Below the pieces are notes generated by a model. That model was not told the origin of the DNA. It did no database searches and saw nothing but the letters and a program-made list of their open reading frames with translations. From an uncultured Nitrospinota bacterium (GTDB taxonomy: Bacteria > Tectomicrobia > Entotheonellia > J063 > CAVPRW01), in NCBI GenBank assembly GCA_963707985.1, contig CAVPRW010000010.1, positions 32,001-96,000 on the forward strand: 64,000 nucleotides of DNA. The letters run 5' to 3'. Numbering within the stretch: position 1 is the stretch's first letter; each line of letters begins with the position of its first letter. Both the position numbers and the translations under genes were made by a program. Shown one piece after another: positions 52,225 to 63,488 of the stretch.

Positions 52225-53445
52225 ATGCCCACACGTACCACATTCATGCTGTATGTGACTGCAGGGCTGAGTTTCATCGGCTTTGCTCAGGTATATTTGC
52301 TGGGAAAGAGTCACCGTCTGCTGTGGCGATCGTCACTACGTCCTCGTATACGTCAGGTCCTTTTCGGGGCTCTATGTGCCTTTGTCGTACTGATGTATAT
52401 GCCCTACCCTCTGCGCTTGCTCTACAGGTGGCCAGATCAAGAGGTATCCGCGCTTGTGCTCTATGGTCTGCTCTATCCCTTTAGCCTGTGGGGCATGATC
52501 TCTGTGTCGATTTTTCTCATCGTCCTGGTCACGGATCTCGGTGTCGCCGTGTTCAAACTCTGGCGACCCCAATTTCCTATGTATAGGCCGCTAAACAAGT
52601 CCCTCGCCGAGCCACTGTGCACCACTCGCAGGGAGTTTTTGAGATGGAGTGCCGCCGCAGTCGCGTTGTCCCCGGTAGGAGTATTTACGTACGGAGCAGC
52701 TATCGGTAAGGAGCGATATGAGACCGTCGAGCGCACCATCAGGCTTCCTAGACTCTCTCCGGTGTTAGCCGGCCTGCGGGTCGTTCAACTCACAGATATC
52801 CATGTGGGAAATTTCATGAAGCAGGCCAAGCTTGAATGGTATGTTCGGGCGGTGAACGATCTGCACCCGGATCTTATTGCGCTCACCGGAGACTTCATTG
52901 GTTCGTCGGCGCATTTCATTCCAGCATGTGCCGCTGCTCTGGAGAAACTGCAGGCGCGAGAGGGCGTCTTTGCCTGTTTGGGCAACCATGATTATTGGGT
53001 CGGCGCTGAGCGCGTTACAGAGGCCTTAGAGACGGCAGGAGTGGAGGTGTTGCGCAACGAAGCCCGCAAGTTGTCCTTGAAGGGGGCCACCTTGAATGTC
53101 GCCGGGGTTGACGACCCGTGGCGCGGTTTTGCCGACTTCGACCGGGCGCTGTCGATGAGCGATCCGAATGCCCCCACGATCATGCTGTGCCACCAACCGG
53201 ACCTTTTCCCAGCAGTGGTACAACGCGATGTGGATCTTACCCTAGCTGGGCACTATCACGGGGGGCAGGTCAAGTTGCAATTCCTCGGCATGGAAGTGTC
53301 ACCAGCACACCTCGTCTCCGAGTTCGTCGAAGGACACTTCGTCCAGGGTCGCTCGCAGCTATATGTCAGCCGTGGCATCGGCATTACCGGTCCGCCGGTG
53401 CGTCTCAATGCTGCGCCAGAAATCACCCTCCTGCATCTCACGTGA
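52225..53445 (+). CDS. Membrane-anchored metallophosphoesterase (YkuE/YaeI-like)
   Basis: TDIH, TGD, GNHD, CHQP and GHYHGGQ; N-terminal TMs and an internal TRREFL. Confidence 0.9.
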   Translation: MPTRTTFMLYVTAGLSFIGFAQVYLLGKSHRLLWRSSLRPRIRQVLFGALCAFVVLMYMPYPLRLLYRWPDQEVSALVLYGLLYPFSLWGMISVSIFLIVLVTDLGVAVFKLWRPQFPMYRPLNKSLAEPLCTTRREFLRWSAAAVALSPVGVFTYGAAIGKERYETVERTIRLPRLSPVLAGLRVVQLTDIHVGNFMKQAKLEWYVRAVNDLHPDLIALTGDFIGSSAHFIPACAAALEKLQAREGVFACLGNHDYWVGAERVTEALETAGVEVLRNEARKLSLKGATLNVAGVDDPWRGFADFDRALSMSDPNAPTIMLCHQPDLFPAVVQRDVDLTLAGHYHGGQVKLQFLGMEVSPAHLVSEFVEGHFVQGRSQLYVSRGIGITGPPVRLNAAPEITLLHLT

Positions 53446-53513
53446 CCTTTCACGATTGTCTGGCGATTACCCTGCCCAATGCTATGATCGAGACTGCCAC
53501 GAGACGTCGGGAC

Positions 53514-53849
53514 TCATTCCATGAATATGTAACTGTAGAGACGTTCATCCGCAAAGAGGACGGCCACGGCCCGCTGTTGAGTGGTCTTGCGTTCTTCGTT
53601 GTAAAGACCTAGAAATAAGACTGAATGCTTTTCAATGCTGTGATCATAGATCCAGGCTTCGCGATCCTGAAGCACCGAATTGCGTGTCGGAACGCCCAGC
53701 ACTCGTAGGACGTCAGCCTTGGTGGACAGGCCCGGTTGCAATTGAGCCAATAGCAGTGGGTCGATTTCCGTCCCACGTTCCTTGAGGTCGACCAGGCAGC
53801 CCTCGAGAAGCAAAGGCAACACGATCACTAATACCCACCATTGATTCAT
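53514..53849 (-). CDS. BamE/SmpA-like lipoprotein
   Basis: Lipobox LEGC; LQPGLSTKADVLRVLGVP...WIY. Confidence 0.7.
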   Translation of the reverse strand: MNQWWVLVIVLPLLLEGCLVDLKERGTEIDPLLLAQLQPGLSTKADVLRVLGVPTRNSVLQDREAWIYDHSIEKHSVLFLGLYNEERKTTQQRAVAVLFADERLYSYIFME

Positions 53850-53876
53850 CTGCACGCGCTTGGTCCCCATTTTGCG

Positions 53877-55052
53877 CTATCGTCCAAACAGCCGCCAGAT
53901 GAGGCCGACTTTTGGAATTTCTTCCGGCACAACGACGGCGGTTCGGGCCAGGATTTGCTCCTGGTACTTGATGCGTACCTCACCGATGACTTGCCCACGA
54001 TGGGCAGGAGCTGGCAAATCATTGGGAACCTGAACATCAGTGAGCAGTTGTTTTTCGATGTCCTTCTTGACGACTACAGCGACGTCCTCCTGAGCTACCG
54101 CCCGTACCTTCCTGATGGTGCTTCCCGACACCTTGATTTCCGGGCCAACCGGTGCATCCTTCCGCACCAACACCACCTTTCTGTAGCTATTGAAGCCCAT
54201 CGCCAGAAGGCGTTTGGCCTCATCGAATCGCACGGTGCTGTTCGGTGCTCCCATGACCACGGCGATCATGCGCACTCCATCACGTTGCGCCGTAGCCGTG
54301 ACATTGAAGCCTGCCTGGGCATGGAAGCCGGTCTTGAGCCCATCGACGCCCGGAAACTGGTAGACGAGCTTGTTGGTATTGGTCAGAGTAAATTTGCCTC
54401 CCCTTAGGCTATCTTCCTTAGTGGCACTCCAAACAAAGAGCTCGGGATATTTGGTGAGTTCGCGGGCAAGAACCGCCATATCGTGGGCACTGGTCAGGTC
54501 ACTCGGATCCCCATTGCTTGGCGGTAAGCCATGGACTGTCTCAAAATGGGTCTCGTTCATGCTCAGTCCCTTGGCCCGCTCATTCATCAGCACCAAGAAG
54601 CCCTCGACCGTTCCTGAGATGTGCTCGGCTACAGCCACACAGGCGTCATTTGCGGAAGCAATCGCGACGGCCTTCATCATCTCTTCGAGCGTAAACACCT
54701 CGCCCTCACGCAGATAGACCTGAGACCCGCCCATTTTGCTTGCATGCGTCGTGGCGGTGATGCTATCACTCAGGTGCACCTCGCCAGCCCGCAGCTTCTC
54801 CATGACGATGAGCATGAGCATCATCTTCACCATCGAAGCCGGGGCACGTTGCTTATGGATGTCTTTCTCGAAGAGGATGGCCCCCGTTGCGACCTCCATG
54901 AGTAAGGCCGATTCAATCGGTGGTGGCGCCGCACCGTTCGCCGGCCGCCGCTTCGAGCGCTCTCCGGCAGTGGCGAGGGAGACTAAGACTACCACACCAA
55001 GAGAGAGCACTATGATGCCGAGCAGTCCTCGACGCGCAGGTTGTCGCGGCAT
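53877..55052 (-). CDS. dacA: D-alanyl-D-alanine carboxypeptidase (PBP5/6, peptidase S11)
   Basis: PASMVK (SxxK), SAN, HGL and KTG. Confidence 0.92.
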   Translation of the reverse strand: MPRQPARRGLLGIIVLSLGVVVLVSLATAGERSKRRPANGAAPPPIESALLMEVATGAILFEKDIHKQRAPASMVKMMLMLIVMEKLRAGEVHLSDSITATTHASKMGGSQVYLREGEVFTLEEMMKAVAIASANDACVAVAEHISGTVEGFLVLMNERAKGLSMNETHFETVHGLPPSNGDPSDLTSAHDMAVLARELTKYPELFVWSATKEDSLRGGKFTLTNTNKLVYQFPGVDGLKTGFHAQAGFNVTATAQRDGVRMIAVVMGAPNSTVRFDEAKRLLAMGFNSYRKVVLVRKDAPVGPEIKVSGSTIRKVRAVAQEDVAVVVKKDIEKQLLTDVQVPNDLPAPAHRGQVIGEVRIKYQEQILARTAVVVPEEIPKVGLIWRLFGR

Positions 55053-55238
55053 GTCGATCCTCCCATTCTCAAGCATTATGCCAGCGTCATTCCTCTCAAT
55101 GGGTCTGGCGCATCCTCTCCCGCGTCAGCGATCCTTGCGAGGGAATCAGCTATGGGAGAGACTCTTCTGTGTCGGACGAAAGTACGGAACATTTTGAAAA
55201 AAGGAGGCTCCTGCACCACTTGAGCGACGGTTTATAGA

Positions 55239-56282
55239 TCAGCTGATGCCTGTAGTGGAGACGATCTTGCTGATCAGGTGAGATCCATCTGGGATGGCCA
55301 CATCATTCAAGATAATCGAGCCCACAATCGTCACCCCTCGCCCGACGCGAACGCGCGGCCAGAGGACGCTCTGCACCAGGCATACATCGTCAGCGAGCTC
55401 GCAACCCTCACCTAGAATCACCTCCGGCCCAATACCGCCGCTGACCTGCACGTCATCACCAGCCCGGCCAGCCGTTGCCGAACCTACCACCTCTGCCGGT
55501 CTCCCATAAACCGGTGCAGCCATGCTCAGGCCATCCACATCGGGCGGTAGGTTCACAGCCGGTCCGGCACGCCCACCGACAGCGTCCATATTGGTTTCCC
55601 AGTATCGACGGGGTGTGCCTATGTCCGACCAATAGCCCTGCATCAGGTAACCATATAAGCGCGACGGATGACGGAGGAGAGTTGGATACACATCGGTTGT
55701 TAGAGCGGCGACGCTCGCTATCGAGAGAGCGTCGAGCACCGCTGGATCAAGGATTTGTACGCCGGTGAAAAGTGTTTCGGTAAGCGGCCCAGAGACCCAA
55801 GGGAGCTGCTGGTCAACGAACTGGGCGATTTGCCCATGGGCGTTCACCTTGATCTTACCGTAGTTGTATCGGTGGTGTGCAGGATGCAGCACGATCGTCG
55901 CCAGTGCTGCGCGCGATAGATGATACTGAATCACGGCCGACAAGTCAACGTCGAAAAGAATGTCGCCGTGCACGATGAGAGCCGGTTCGTTTCCAAAGAA
56001 CTGGCGCATGCGCTGCACGCCACCAGCGGATCCAAGTAGCTCCGCTTCTTCAGAGTACGTCACCTCAACTCCGAGATGCTCGCCACGGCCCAACCAGCTT
56101 CGGATTTGCTCACCTCGGTAGTGCAGGTTGATGGCAATCTCGTGAATGCCTGCCTGCCGCACGTGCCAGATGAGGTACCACAAGAGGGGGCGATTGAGTA
56201 TTGGCACCAGCGGTTTTGGAAGATACCTTGTGAGAGGGCGCAGCCGACTTCCGAGGCCGGCTGCCAAGATCATGGCGCGCAC
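55239..56282 (-). CDS. NDP-sugar pyrophosphorylase / nucleotidyltransferase
   Basis: MILAAGLGSRLRPLT..PKPL, WSDIGTP and C-terminal hexapeptide repeats. Confidence 0.88.
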   Translation of the reverse strand: MRAMILAAGLGSRLRPLTRYLPKPLVPILNRPLLWYLIWHVRQAGIHEIAINLHYRGEQIRSWLGRGEHLGVEVTYSEEAELLGSAGGVQRMRQFFGNEPALIVHGDILFDVDLSAVIQYHLSRAALATIVLHPAHHRYNYGKIKVNAHGQIAQFVDQQLPWVSGPLTETLFTGVQILDPAVLDALSIASVAALTTDVYPTLLRHPSRLYGYLMQGYWSDIGTPRRYWETNMDAVGGRAGPAVNLPPDVDGLSMAAPVYGRPAEVVGSATAGRAGDDVQVSGGIGPEVILGEGCELADDVCLVQSVLWPRVRVGRGVTIVGSIILNDVAIPDGSHLISKIVSTTGIS

Positions 56283-56291
56283 AGTTGGGGG

Positions 56292-58199
56292 CTATGCTGG
56301 GGAGGTTGCCGGGGAGGCCCCCAGCAAGGCACGTAGCTCTTCTCCCTCGACCACCTCTTTATCCAGTAGGCGCCGGGCGAGACGCTCGAGATCGTCGCGC
56401 CGCTTGGTCAGGAGATCGCGCACACGTGCATAGGTCTCGTGGATGATGCGTGCCACTTCCTGGTCGATCTCACGAGCGGTCGCCTCGCTGTACTCCTTTG
56501 GAGCCGTTAAGCTACCGTCGAGAAACACCGACCCACGCTTAGCTTCGAAGGCCAAGGGGCCAAACTTGGGGCTCATCCCATACTCGATCACCATGCGCCG
56601 GGCGATGTCAGTCGCGCGGGTCAGATCATTATGGGCACCGGTGGAAACTTCATCGAAGACGAGTTCTTCCGCTACTCGGCCACCGAAGAGGACGGCGAGC
56701 TTGTCCAGTAACTCCGAGCGTGTCATCAAATAGCGGTCTTCGGTGGGGAGCTGCAACGTATAGCCGAGCGCCGCGATGCCACGCGGGACGATCGAGATGC
56801 GATGCACCGGGTCGGCATTAGGCAGGCTAGCGGCCACCAGTGCGTGGCCTGACTCGTGATAGGCAACGATTTCTTTCTCTTTGTCGCTGAGGAGACGATT
56901 TTTCTTCTCCAGCCCCGCCACAACACGGTCGATGGCCTCTTCGAAGTCCTCCATCTCCACCGCATCTTTATCCTTCCGCGCCGCTAACAGCGCCGCTTCG
57001 TTCACCACGTTCGCGAGGTCGGCCCCGACAAATCCCGGCGTGCGCTGAGCGATAGTACGCAGATCGACTTTAGGACTCAAGCGCACTTGCTGGGCATGCA
57101 ATCGTAAAATGGCTTCGCGGCCGTTCAGGTCAGGCCGATCGACTAGTACCTGGCGATCGAACCGACCCGGTCGAAGGAGGGCTGAATCAAGAATCTCCGG
57201 ACGGTTCGTCGCCGCCAGAATGATCACCCCCTTACGTGAATCAAAGCCATCCATCTCGACCAGCAGTTGATTGAGCGTCTGCTCTCGTTCGTCATGCCCG
57301 ACCAGCGGATTGGCTCCGCGAGCTTTGCCAAGGGCGTCCAACTCGTCAATGAAGACAATGCATGGCGCAATGGAAGCCGCTTGCGCAAACAGATCGCGCA
57401 CGCGCGACGCTCCGACGCCGACGAACATCTCGACGAATTCCGACCCATTGATCGAGAAAAATGGCACCTTGGCCTCACCGGCCACAGCCCGCGCCAGTAA
57501 CGTCTTCCCGGTGCCGGGCGGACCGACGAGCAAAACCCCCTTGGGGATTTTCCCCCCAAGGCGTTGGAACTTCTTGGGATGACGCAGAAACTCGACGATT
57601 TCTACCAGTTCATCCTTCGCCTCCTGCACCCCCGCTACATCGTTGAACGTCACCTTGACCTCGTTCTCACCGTAGATCTTGGCCTTGCTCCGGCCGATGG
57701 TCATCACCGTGCCGCCCGGGCTCATGCGCCGGAAAATCAGACTCCAGATCCCAAAGAAAATGAGGATCGGCACCACCCACGACAGCAGCGTGGTGAGCCA
57801 CGTGCTTTCATAGCGGCCGGAATACTTGACCCCATGCTGCTCGAGGTCATTCACCAAATCGGGGTCTTGAACGCGAATGGTGAGAAAGAGCCGGGTGCCA
57901 CCAAGCGCCCCCTCTTGCCCCTCTTTGACGACGCCCCGAATATCATCTTGGCTGAGGGTCACGCTTTCGATTTTGCCGTTGCGGAGGAGATCTTTGAACT
58001 CGCTATAGGGGATGCGATTGATTGTTTCAGCTAGGAAGATGTTCTGGATGAGGATCATGAGCAGCAAGGCCACGATGAAATAGCCCAGCGAGAACCGCGC
58101 GCGCATGGGCATCTTTTTGCGGGGTCGACGCTGCCGGCTCTGGAGACCTAGGGTGTCCTTGAGCTCATCGAGCCAGGATCGCTTCTCTTCATCACGCAT
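56292..58199 (-). CDS. ftsH: ATP-dependent zinc metalloprotease FtsH
   Basis: Two TMs, [24 protein letters not shown] and HESGH. Confidence 0.96.
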   Translation of the reverse strand: MRDEEKRSWLDELKDTLGLQSRQRRPRKKMPMRARFSLGYFIVALLLMILIQNIFLAETINRIPYSEFKDLLRNGKIESVTLSQDDIRGVVKEGQEGALGGTRLFLTIRVQDPDLVNDLEQHGVKYSGRYESTWLTTLLSWVVPILIFFGIWSLIFRRMSPGGTVMTIGRSKAKIYGENEVKVTFNDVAGVQEAKDELVEIVEFLRHPKKFQRLGGKIPKGVLLVGPPGTGKTLLARAVAGEAKVPFFSINGSEFVEMFVGVGASRVRDLFAQAASIAPCIVFIDELDALGKARGANPLVGHDEREQTLNQLLVEMDGFDSRKGVIILAATNRPEILDSALLRPGRFDRQVLVDRPDLNGREAILRLHAQQVRLSPKVDLRTIAQRTPGFVGADLANVVNEAALLAARKDKDAVEMEDFEEAIDRVVAGLEKKNRLLSDKEKEIVAYHESGHALVAASLPNADPVHRISIVPRGIAALGYTLQLPTEDRYLMTRSELLDKLAVLFGGRVAEELVFDEVSTGAHNDLTRATDIARRMVIEYGMSPKFGPLAFEAKRGSVFLDGSLTAPKEYSEATAREIDQEVARIIHETYARVRDLLTKRRDDLERLARRLLDKEVVEGEELRALLGASPATSPA

Positions 58200-58236
58200 C
58201 TCCGGATCGCCGCGTCCTGCCTCGGCGAAAATCCGA

Positions 58237-58740
58237 TTATATCTCAGCGTCCTCACCATCCCCGAAATCCTCCGGCTTTACATCTCTCAGCCAATCCTGC
58301 AGTTCATCAGGGCTCCCCTCCTGTTGGGTCGACTGAATGGTCAGCCCCATGGCCTCAGCATTCTCCAACACTTCGTCCATCACATAGATGGGCGCCTGTA
58401 CCTTCAGTGCTAAGGCGATCGCATCGCTGGGCCGCGCATCGGCGACCACTTGGGCCTGATCGACATGCATAAAGATGTTGGCATAAAAGGTGTCGTCCTT
58501 GAAGGTATCGATCACCACCCGCTCCACATTGACCTGCAGCCCATCGAGGACGTTCTTGAAGAGGTCGTAGACCATGGGTCGAGGAGAGGGGTAACGATTG
58601 AGCTCCCGAAAGATCGCCAGCGCCTCCGGCACGCCAATGAGTAGAGGCAGCGCGCGCTTGCCGCTCTCATCGACCAAGGTGATCACCGCTGCGCCTTTTG
58701 ACTGGTCAAAGACGACCATTCCAATTTTCATCCGGTGCAT
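58237..58740 (-). CDS. Bifunctional nuclease family protein (DUF151)
   Basis: [30 protein letters not shown] and VKPEDF. Confidence 0.88.
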   Translation of the reverse strand: MHRMKIGMVVFDQSKGAAVITLVDESGKRALPLLIGVPEALAIFRELNRYPSPRPMVYDLFKNVLDGLQVNVERVVIDTFKDDTFYANIFMHVDQAQVVADARPSDAIALALKVQAPIYVMDEVLENAEAMGLTIQSTQQEGSPDELQDWLRDVKPEDFGDGEDAEI

Positions 58741-58776
58741 CGTCTGAGAGTCTCCGCTCACATGTCGCCCCTCGCG

Positions 58777-59808
58777 CTATGGTTGCGATTGCTCTATGGC
58801 TTCACGATTGAGCCGATATACCGCCGATGTACTCGCGACCAGCAGATGTCCCAGCGAATCCAGCGCCAGCCCAACGAGGTTGACGCCGCTCACGACATGG
58901 CGCACCTCGCCTTGCGGGGTAATTGTCAAAATGCCCGCATCGCCCCGATAGTATGCGATCACGTATAGATTATCCTGGGGATCGAAGGCCAAGCCTTGGG
59001 GACGCCCAAGATCGGTGGCAAACGCCTGTATCTCACCTTCCGGTGTGATCCGGTGAATGGCGTCATAGCCAGACATCGAGGGGTTGGTGACATACAAATT
59101 GCCCTGGTGATCGAAGGCTAAGTGAAAGGCTGCCACGCTGGCCGCAAGGGTGGCGAAGGCGGTCGGGCTCCCTTGGTGGTTCACCCGGTAGATGGTCCCC
59201 TCACGATCCCCCACGTACAGGTACCCGTGGGGATCAAAGGCGATTCCCGTGGCGACTCCCAAATCACGCGCGAACACGCTGGAGGTCCCCTCAGCCGTGA
59301 CGCGGTACACCTTCCCATCAAAACGGCTGGAAATGTACATCTCGCCATCCGGACCGAACGCCATCCCAGTAGGATTGACGATATCGTGCACGAACGGCGT
59401 GAGAATGCCGCGCGGGCTGATCTTATACACCGATACCGGGACTTTTTGTCCTCGGGATCCACTCAAGGTGACGAAGAGATTCCCCTCTGCATCGATGGCG
59501 GGATTCGACACTGGGTGCAGGTTTTGCGCCATACGCGAGCCGATCTCGCAAGGAATTCCGTTGCTGACATGGCCATTGGTTTCGAGCGTGACCATGCCGC
59601 TCATCGCTCCAACCGGGACTCTGGCGATGAGCAGGTTGTCACGGGCTAAGTCTGGGCGCGTTGCCACACCCCCAATGCGCAAGCGTGACCCGCTGAATGC
59701 CCCCATGTCCAGGTGACGACAGGCAATCGTAATACGTCCACCTTCGATTGCCGCCTGTGGTTGCATGTTCAGGAGGGTCACACCCTCGGACTGATGCTCG
59801 GTAGTCAT
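58777..59808 (-). CDS. IPT/TIG + NHL/SMP-30-like beta-propeller protein
   Basis: Repeats NPTGMAFGPDG, TGIAFDPHG and PQGLAFDPQD. Confidence 0.75.
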   Translation of the reverse strand: MTTEHQSEGVTLLNMQPQAAIEGGRITIACRHLDMGAFSGSRLRIGGVATRPDLARDNLLIARVPVGAMSGMVTLETNGHVSNGIPCEIGSRMAQNLHPVSNPAIDAEGNLFVTLSGSRGQKVPVSVYKISPRGILTPFVHDIVNPTGMAFGPDGEMYISSRFDGKVYRVTAEGTSSVFARDLGVATGIAFDPHGYLYVGDREGTIYRVNHQGSPTAFATLAASVAAFHLAFDHQGNLYVTNPSMSGYDAIHRITPEGEIQAFATDLGRPQGLAFDPQDNLYVIAYYRGDAGILTITPQGEVRHVVSGVNLVGLALDSLGHLLVASTSAVYRLNREAIEQSQP

Positions 59809-59908
59809 TCATGACCTCAAATGTCTTCAGTCGTCTCTTCGCCCACCCAAACCGTTCACCATTCAGCCATTGTCAACAATCAACCCGGCCATTCGCCGGC
59901 TTCAGCCC

Positions 59909-60187
59909 TCAAAAGCCAAGACGCTTTTTCGTCTCTTCCTCATAAAGTTTCTGGTACATGACATCCCACTCGCGGTTGCCCTCGGTGATCTTACGCGAGT
60001 ATGAGGCGAGCCTGCGCCGCACTTCTGCGTCGACAACCTCTTCGATCTTGAGCTCATCGGTCAGTGTCTTGACGATCTGTAAGCGCACATCGTTTTCCGC
60101 CTTGAGAAATGTCACGCTGCCCGCTTTCTGGAAGGCCTTGACGATGAGGTGAGAGAGAGAATTGATCTTGGGGCGACTAAGGCTCAT
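59909..60187 (-). CDS. DUF507-family protein
   Basis: MSLSRPKINSLSH...EGNREWDVMYQKLYEEE. Confidence 0.75.
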   Translation of the reverse strand: MSLSRPKINSLSHLIVKAFQKAGSVTFLKAENDVRLQIVKTLTDELKIEEVVDAEVRRRLASYSRKITEGNREWDVMYQKLYEEETKKRLGF

Positions 60188-60231
60188 CAACGACATCCTC
60201 GGACGCGGCCCGCCACGGACGGCGCCGGCGA

Positions 60232-60513
60232 TCAAAGAATGAGACCGCGTTCCTGTACGAGTTTCCGCTTCACCATGGTGAACATCTTGTGGTAATCGGC
60301 CTCACCTTTATTGAATTCGTTGCTAAAGGCGCGTAAAAGCTCCTTCACTTCGTCATTCAGACGGTCCTCAACCTGTAAGTCTTCGGTGATGACCTCGCGA
60401 ATCAACTCCTCCACCTTCTCGCCGTCGCCCACCATCTGAACGCATCCCTTGGTCCTCAAATCACGTGCAATTGCCTGAGCCAGATACTGGATCATCTCTC
60501 GCCGCAAACGCAT
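60232..60513 (-). CDS. DUF507-family protein
   Basis: EDRLNDEVKELL...DYHKMFTMVKRKLVQERGLIL. Confidence 0.8.
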   Translation of the reverse strand: MRLRREMIQYLAQAIARDLRTKGCVQMVGDGEKVEELIREVITEDLQVEDRLNDEVKELLRAFSNEFNKGEADYHKMFTMVKRKLVQERGLIL

Positions 60514-60995
60514 GTCGCATCGCTCCGACGGCGTGCCCCTAGCTGAGCTCCTCATGGAGCTGAAGGGGGGAAATGTGTCTCATTCCGACTGACCCGCCTT
60601 GCAGCAGCACAACCGTGACTCATCGCCTCGATCTTCCGGCTACCATGCTGATCTTACCACGCCTGCCAATCAAGCTGCAACCGTTGTTTACGACAACCTC
60701 TTTTCCGTGTCGCAGTCAGGGGACTCCTGGGCGTTTCTTCGGTCGGCATCCGAGGTGCCTTATGCGCTGTCACACGCATTGACAGCGGACATACACCCAT
60801 GCCATACTCAGGCTATGGTGATCAGTGCTGATCATCATGGGAGGCCGGGGTTCTACCGTTACCGGGGCTGTGACACCAGAAACTGGTGCGGCGGTGACCC
60901 TGGTCGTCGGCCTGTCGGTTGGTCACGCGGCTCAGGGAGTTGACCATGCCAGCCTCGGCGCAACACTGGCATGCCTAGAAGGGGAGTGGACGATC

Positions 60996-61784
60996 ATGCA
61001 ACAGGCGTTGGCAGTGGCCATCGATGCGGCCCAGGCAGCAGGACGCGCCATTCGTGACCTCTATGGCCGTGACCTTACCATCACACAGAAAGGGGAATCC
61101 GGGCCGGTCACCGAAGCCGACCTGGCATCCAATGCCTGCATCCATGGGATACTGCGGCAGGCGTTTCCGAATGATGGGTGGCTATCGGAGGAAACCGTCG
61201 ATCGGCCCGATCGACTAGCGAAGTCGCGTGTATGGATTGTCGATCCGCTCGATGGTACATGGGAGTTCACCACGGGCGTACCGGAGTTCGTGGTGTCCAT
61301 TGGTCTGGTAGTCGACGGCGTGGCGGTGCTCGGGGTCCTCTACAATCCGATCACGGAGGAGACCTTCAGCGGTTGTCACGGCGAGGGGGCATGGTTGAAC
61401 GGTGCGCCTATGGTCGTGTCACCGACGACGGACCTGGCCACCAGCACATTCTGCGTCAGCCGCACTGAGTCTGGGAAGGGGTTATTGCAAGCGCTGGATA
61501 AACGTCTCAACCTCGAGCCGAAGGGCTCCATCGCTTATAAATGCGGCTTGGTAGCAAAGGGACGTTATGCCGGGGTGTTCACTTGCAACCCCCGTAACGA
61601 GTGGGATATTTGCGCTGGGGTGGCAATCATCGAAGCCGCTGGTGGGCACGTCACCGATCGGCAGGGCGAGCCCTATCGCTTTAATCAACCGGATCCTCTC
61701 AAAAAACCGTTGGTCGGCACGAACACTCATGTGCATGCAGCACTGCTGGCCATTCTTCATGAGTCAGGAGAACACCCACGCTAG
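60996..61784 (+). CDS. CysQ/inositol monophosphatase-family phosphatase
   Basis: PVTEAD, LSEE, WIVDPLDGT and EWDICAG. Confidence 0.88.
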   Translation: MQQALAVAIDAAQAAGRAIRDLYGRDLTITQKGESGPVTEADLASNACIHGILRQAFPNDGWLSEETVDRPDRLAKSRVWIVDPLDGTWEFTTGVPEFVVSIGLVVDGVAVLGVLYNPITEETFSGCHGEGAWLNGAPMVVSPTTDLATSTFCVSRTESGKGLLQALDKRLNLEPKGSIAYKCGLVAKGRYAGVFTCNPRNEWDICAGVAIIEAAGGHVTDRQGEPYRFNQPDPLKKPLVGTNTHVHAALLAILHESGEHPR

Positions 61785-62188
61785 ATGCCCCGCTCCCACA
61801 TCTCCGTCAGCTCGCGATAGGTGAACGTGAGCTCCAGACCTTCGCCAATGATGCGCACCTGCGCGTCGCTCAAAGCCGCCGTATGCCAGAGTTGCTGCAG
61901 CTTGCTCTCGACATAGGCCAGGCGCTCACGCAGGTAATCAACCTCGCGGGCCACGTATTGCTCGAATTCGATGGCCGTCAAGGCCCGCGGATGCTGATAT
62001 AAGTGGGTATAACGTATTTTGTCCGCCAGCGCCAGATGACTCTGCAGCAGGTGAATCTTGGCCTGATAATAGTGGGCCCAGAGCCACAGACTGACACCGG
62101 CGGAGTTTTGTGGATTCTCCACATATTCCACGATGGCCTGTGCTTGCCCGACGTTCATGGGTAGCGGTGGTGTTGATCCCTCCGGCAT
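61781..62188 (-). CDS. Hypothetical helical protein
   Basis: 135-aa ORF with RBS GGAGAAGGAG. Confidence 0.6.
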   Translation of the reverse strand: MPEGSTPPLPMNVGQAQAIVEYVENPQNSAGVSLWLWAHYYQAKIHLLQSHLALADKIRYTHLYQHPRALTAIEFEQYVAREVDYLRERLAYVESKLQQLWHTAALSDAQVRIIGEGLELTFTYRELTEMWERGI

Positions 62189-62231
62189 GGTCTCCTTCTC
62201 CTTGACGCTTCGATACCGGCATCACTAGGCC

Positions 62232-63488
62232 TCATCCCAGTTGTGCCAGGATGGCAGCATGGACGAGCTCGTGGGCCAGGCGTTCCAACGGTGTCTGCCG
62301 AAACCGCTCAGATGAAATCCTCCGCGTCTGGTAGAACCCCTCATGCTGTTCCACACTCGCTGTTTCCCACGGCAAGCCAACAACGCGCAGGCCGCGTGTG
62401 GCGCCCTCCTCGACGATGGCACCGAGCTGGCGGGCGTCGACCGTAGGAAGCTCGACCACCCATGAGGTTGTTTCGGTGCCAACACGGTCAAGAGCGGTAG
62501 TGATCTGTGCTGGAGGGGATCCACGCACCGACGGCAGTTGGTAATGTGTCTCAACCGCCCGTTGTATGGCTGCAGCAGCAGCGGACGGCCATTGTACCAG
62601 GAGCAATAGTGTCGGATAATTGGCGAAATAGGTCCGGCGCAAGCGCACGGCAAAGCCGTAGGGGAGCTGCAGGCTGCCAAGTTTGCCGCCGCTGTCGGCC
62701 GGTGTGGTTTTGGTCTTGAAGCCATGATAATCCGAGCCACCTGTGATCATCAAGCCCAGTTGGTTGGCCAGACGGATGAAATAGAGCTGCTCCTCAGCGT
62801 CATGATGGCTGTGGTAGGCCTCTACGCCATTGAGGCCTAAGGCGCTGAGCTCCTGAATAACCTGTTGGAGTCGCACGCGATCCGGGGTAATGAAGCGCGG
62901 GTGTGCCACCGAGGACAGCCCGCGAGCCTGGCGCACGAGTGCCATCGCCTCGTCGGCTGGCATGAAGAATTTCGCAACATTGCAGGGGATGAGATACTCC
63001 GTGAACGCCGTGTTCATATCCGGCACGTACCCATGATCGATCAGCGCCGTAGCGATATGTGGCCGGCCGAATGCGCCCTGCACCTGCACCTTCACGGTAT
63101 CATAGTCGATAGGCTCGCGTCCCTCCTGAACGAGCTTGATGTTGATGCGCTCGAGAATGCGTTCGGCACGCGTTTCACGGGCGACACGGAAGCTTTCGAG
63201 TCGTGCCCGCAGGTGTGGGTCATGCCAGGCGAAATAGTAGGCCAGGAGGTGGATGTCCTCGAATTCGGCGTGCGTAATACTGAGCTCGATGCCTGGGATG
63301 ATCTCGATGCCCGCCGTGTCCCCCACCTCCAGCGCCTCATCGATGCCACCGACATGATCGTGGTCGGTGACGGAGAGCGTGCGCACACCGTTGGTCCTGG
63401 CCAGGTGCACCAGCTCAGCAGGCGTCAGGCTCCCGTCGGAAAACAACGTATGGGAATGCAGATCGACCGACCACAGATTAGGCGCCAT
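62232..63488 (-). CDS. PHP-domain phosphoesterase (TrpH/YciV-like) with a C-terminal extension
   Basis: DLHSHT..SDG, TDHD, GIELS, GRPHIA, AHP and GGSDYHG. Confidence 0.9.
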   Translation of the reverse strand: MAPNLWSVDLHSHTLFSDGSLTPAELVHLARTNGVRTLSVTDHDHVGGIDEALEVGDTAGIEIIPGIELSITHAEFEDIHLLAYYFAWHDPHLRARLESFRVARETRAERILERINIKLVQEGREPIDYDTVKVQVQGAFGRPHIATALIDHGYVPDMNTAFTEYLIPCNVAKFFMPADEAMALVRQARGLSSVAHPRFITPDRVRLQQVIQELSALGLNGVEAYHSHHDAEEQLYFIRLANQLGLMITGGSDYHGFKTKTTPADSGGKLGSLQLPYGFAVRLRRTYFANYPTLLLLVQWPSAAAAAIQRAVETHYQLPSVRGSPPAQITTALDRVGTETTSWVVELPTVDARQLGAIVEEGATRGLRVVGLPWETASVEQHEGFYQTRRISSERFRQTPLERLAHELVHAAILAQLG

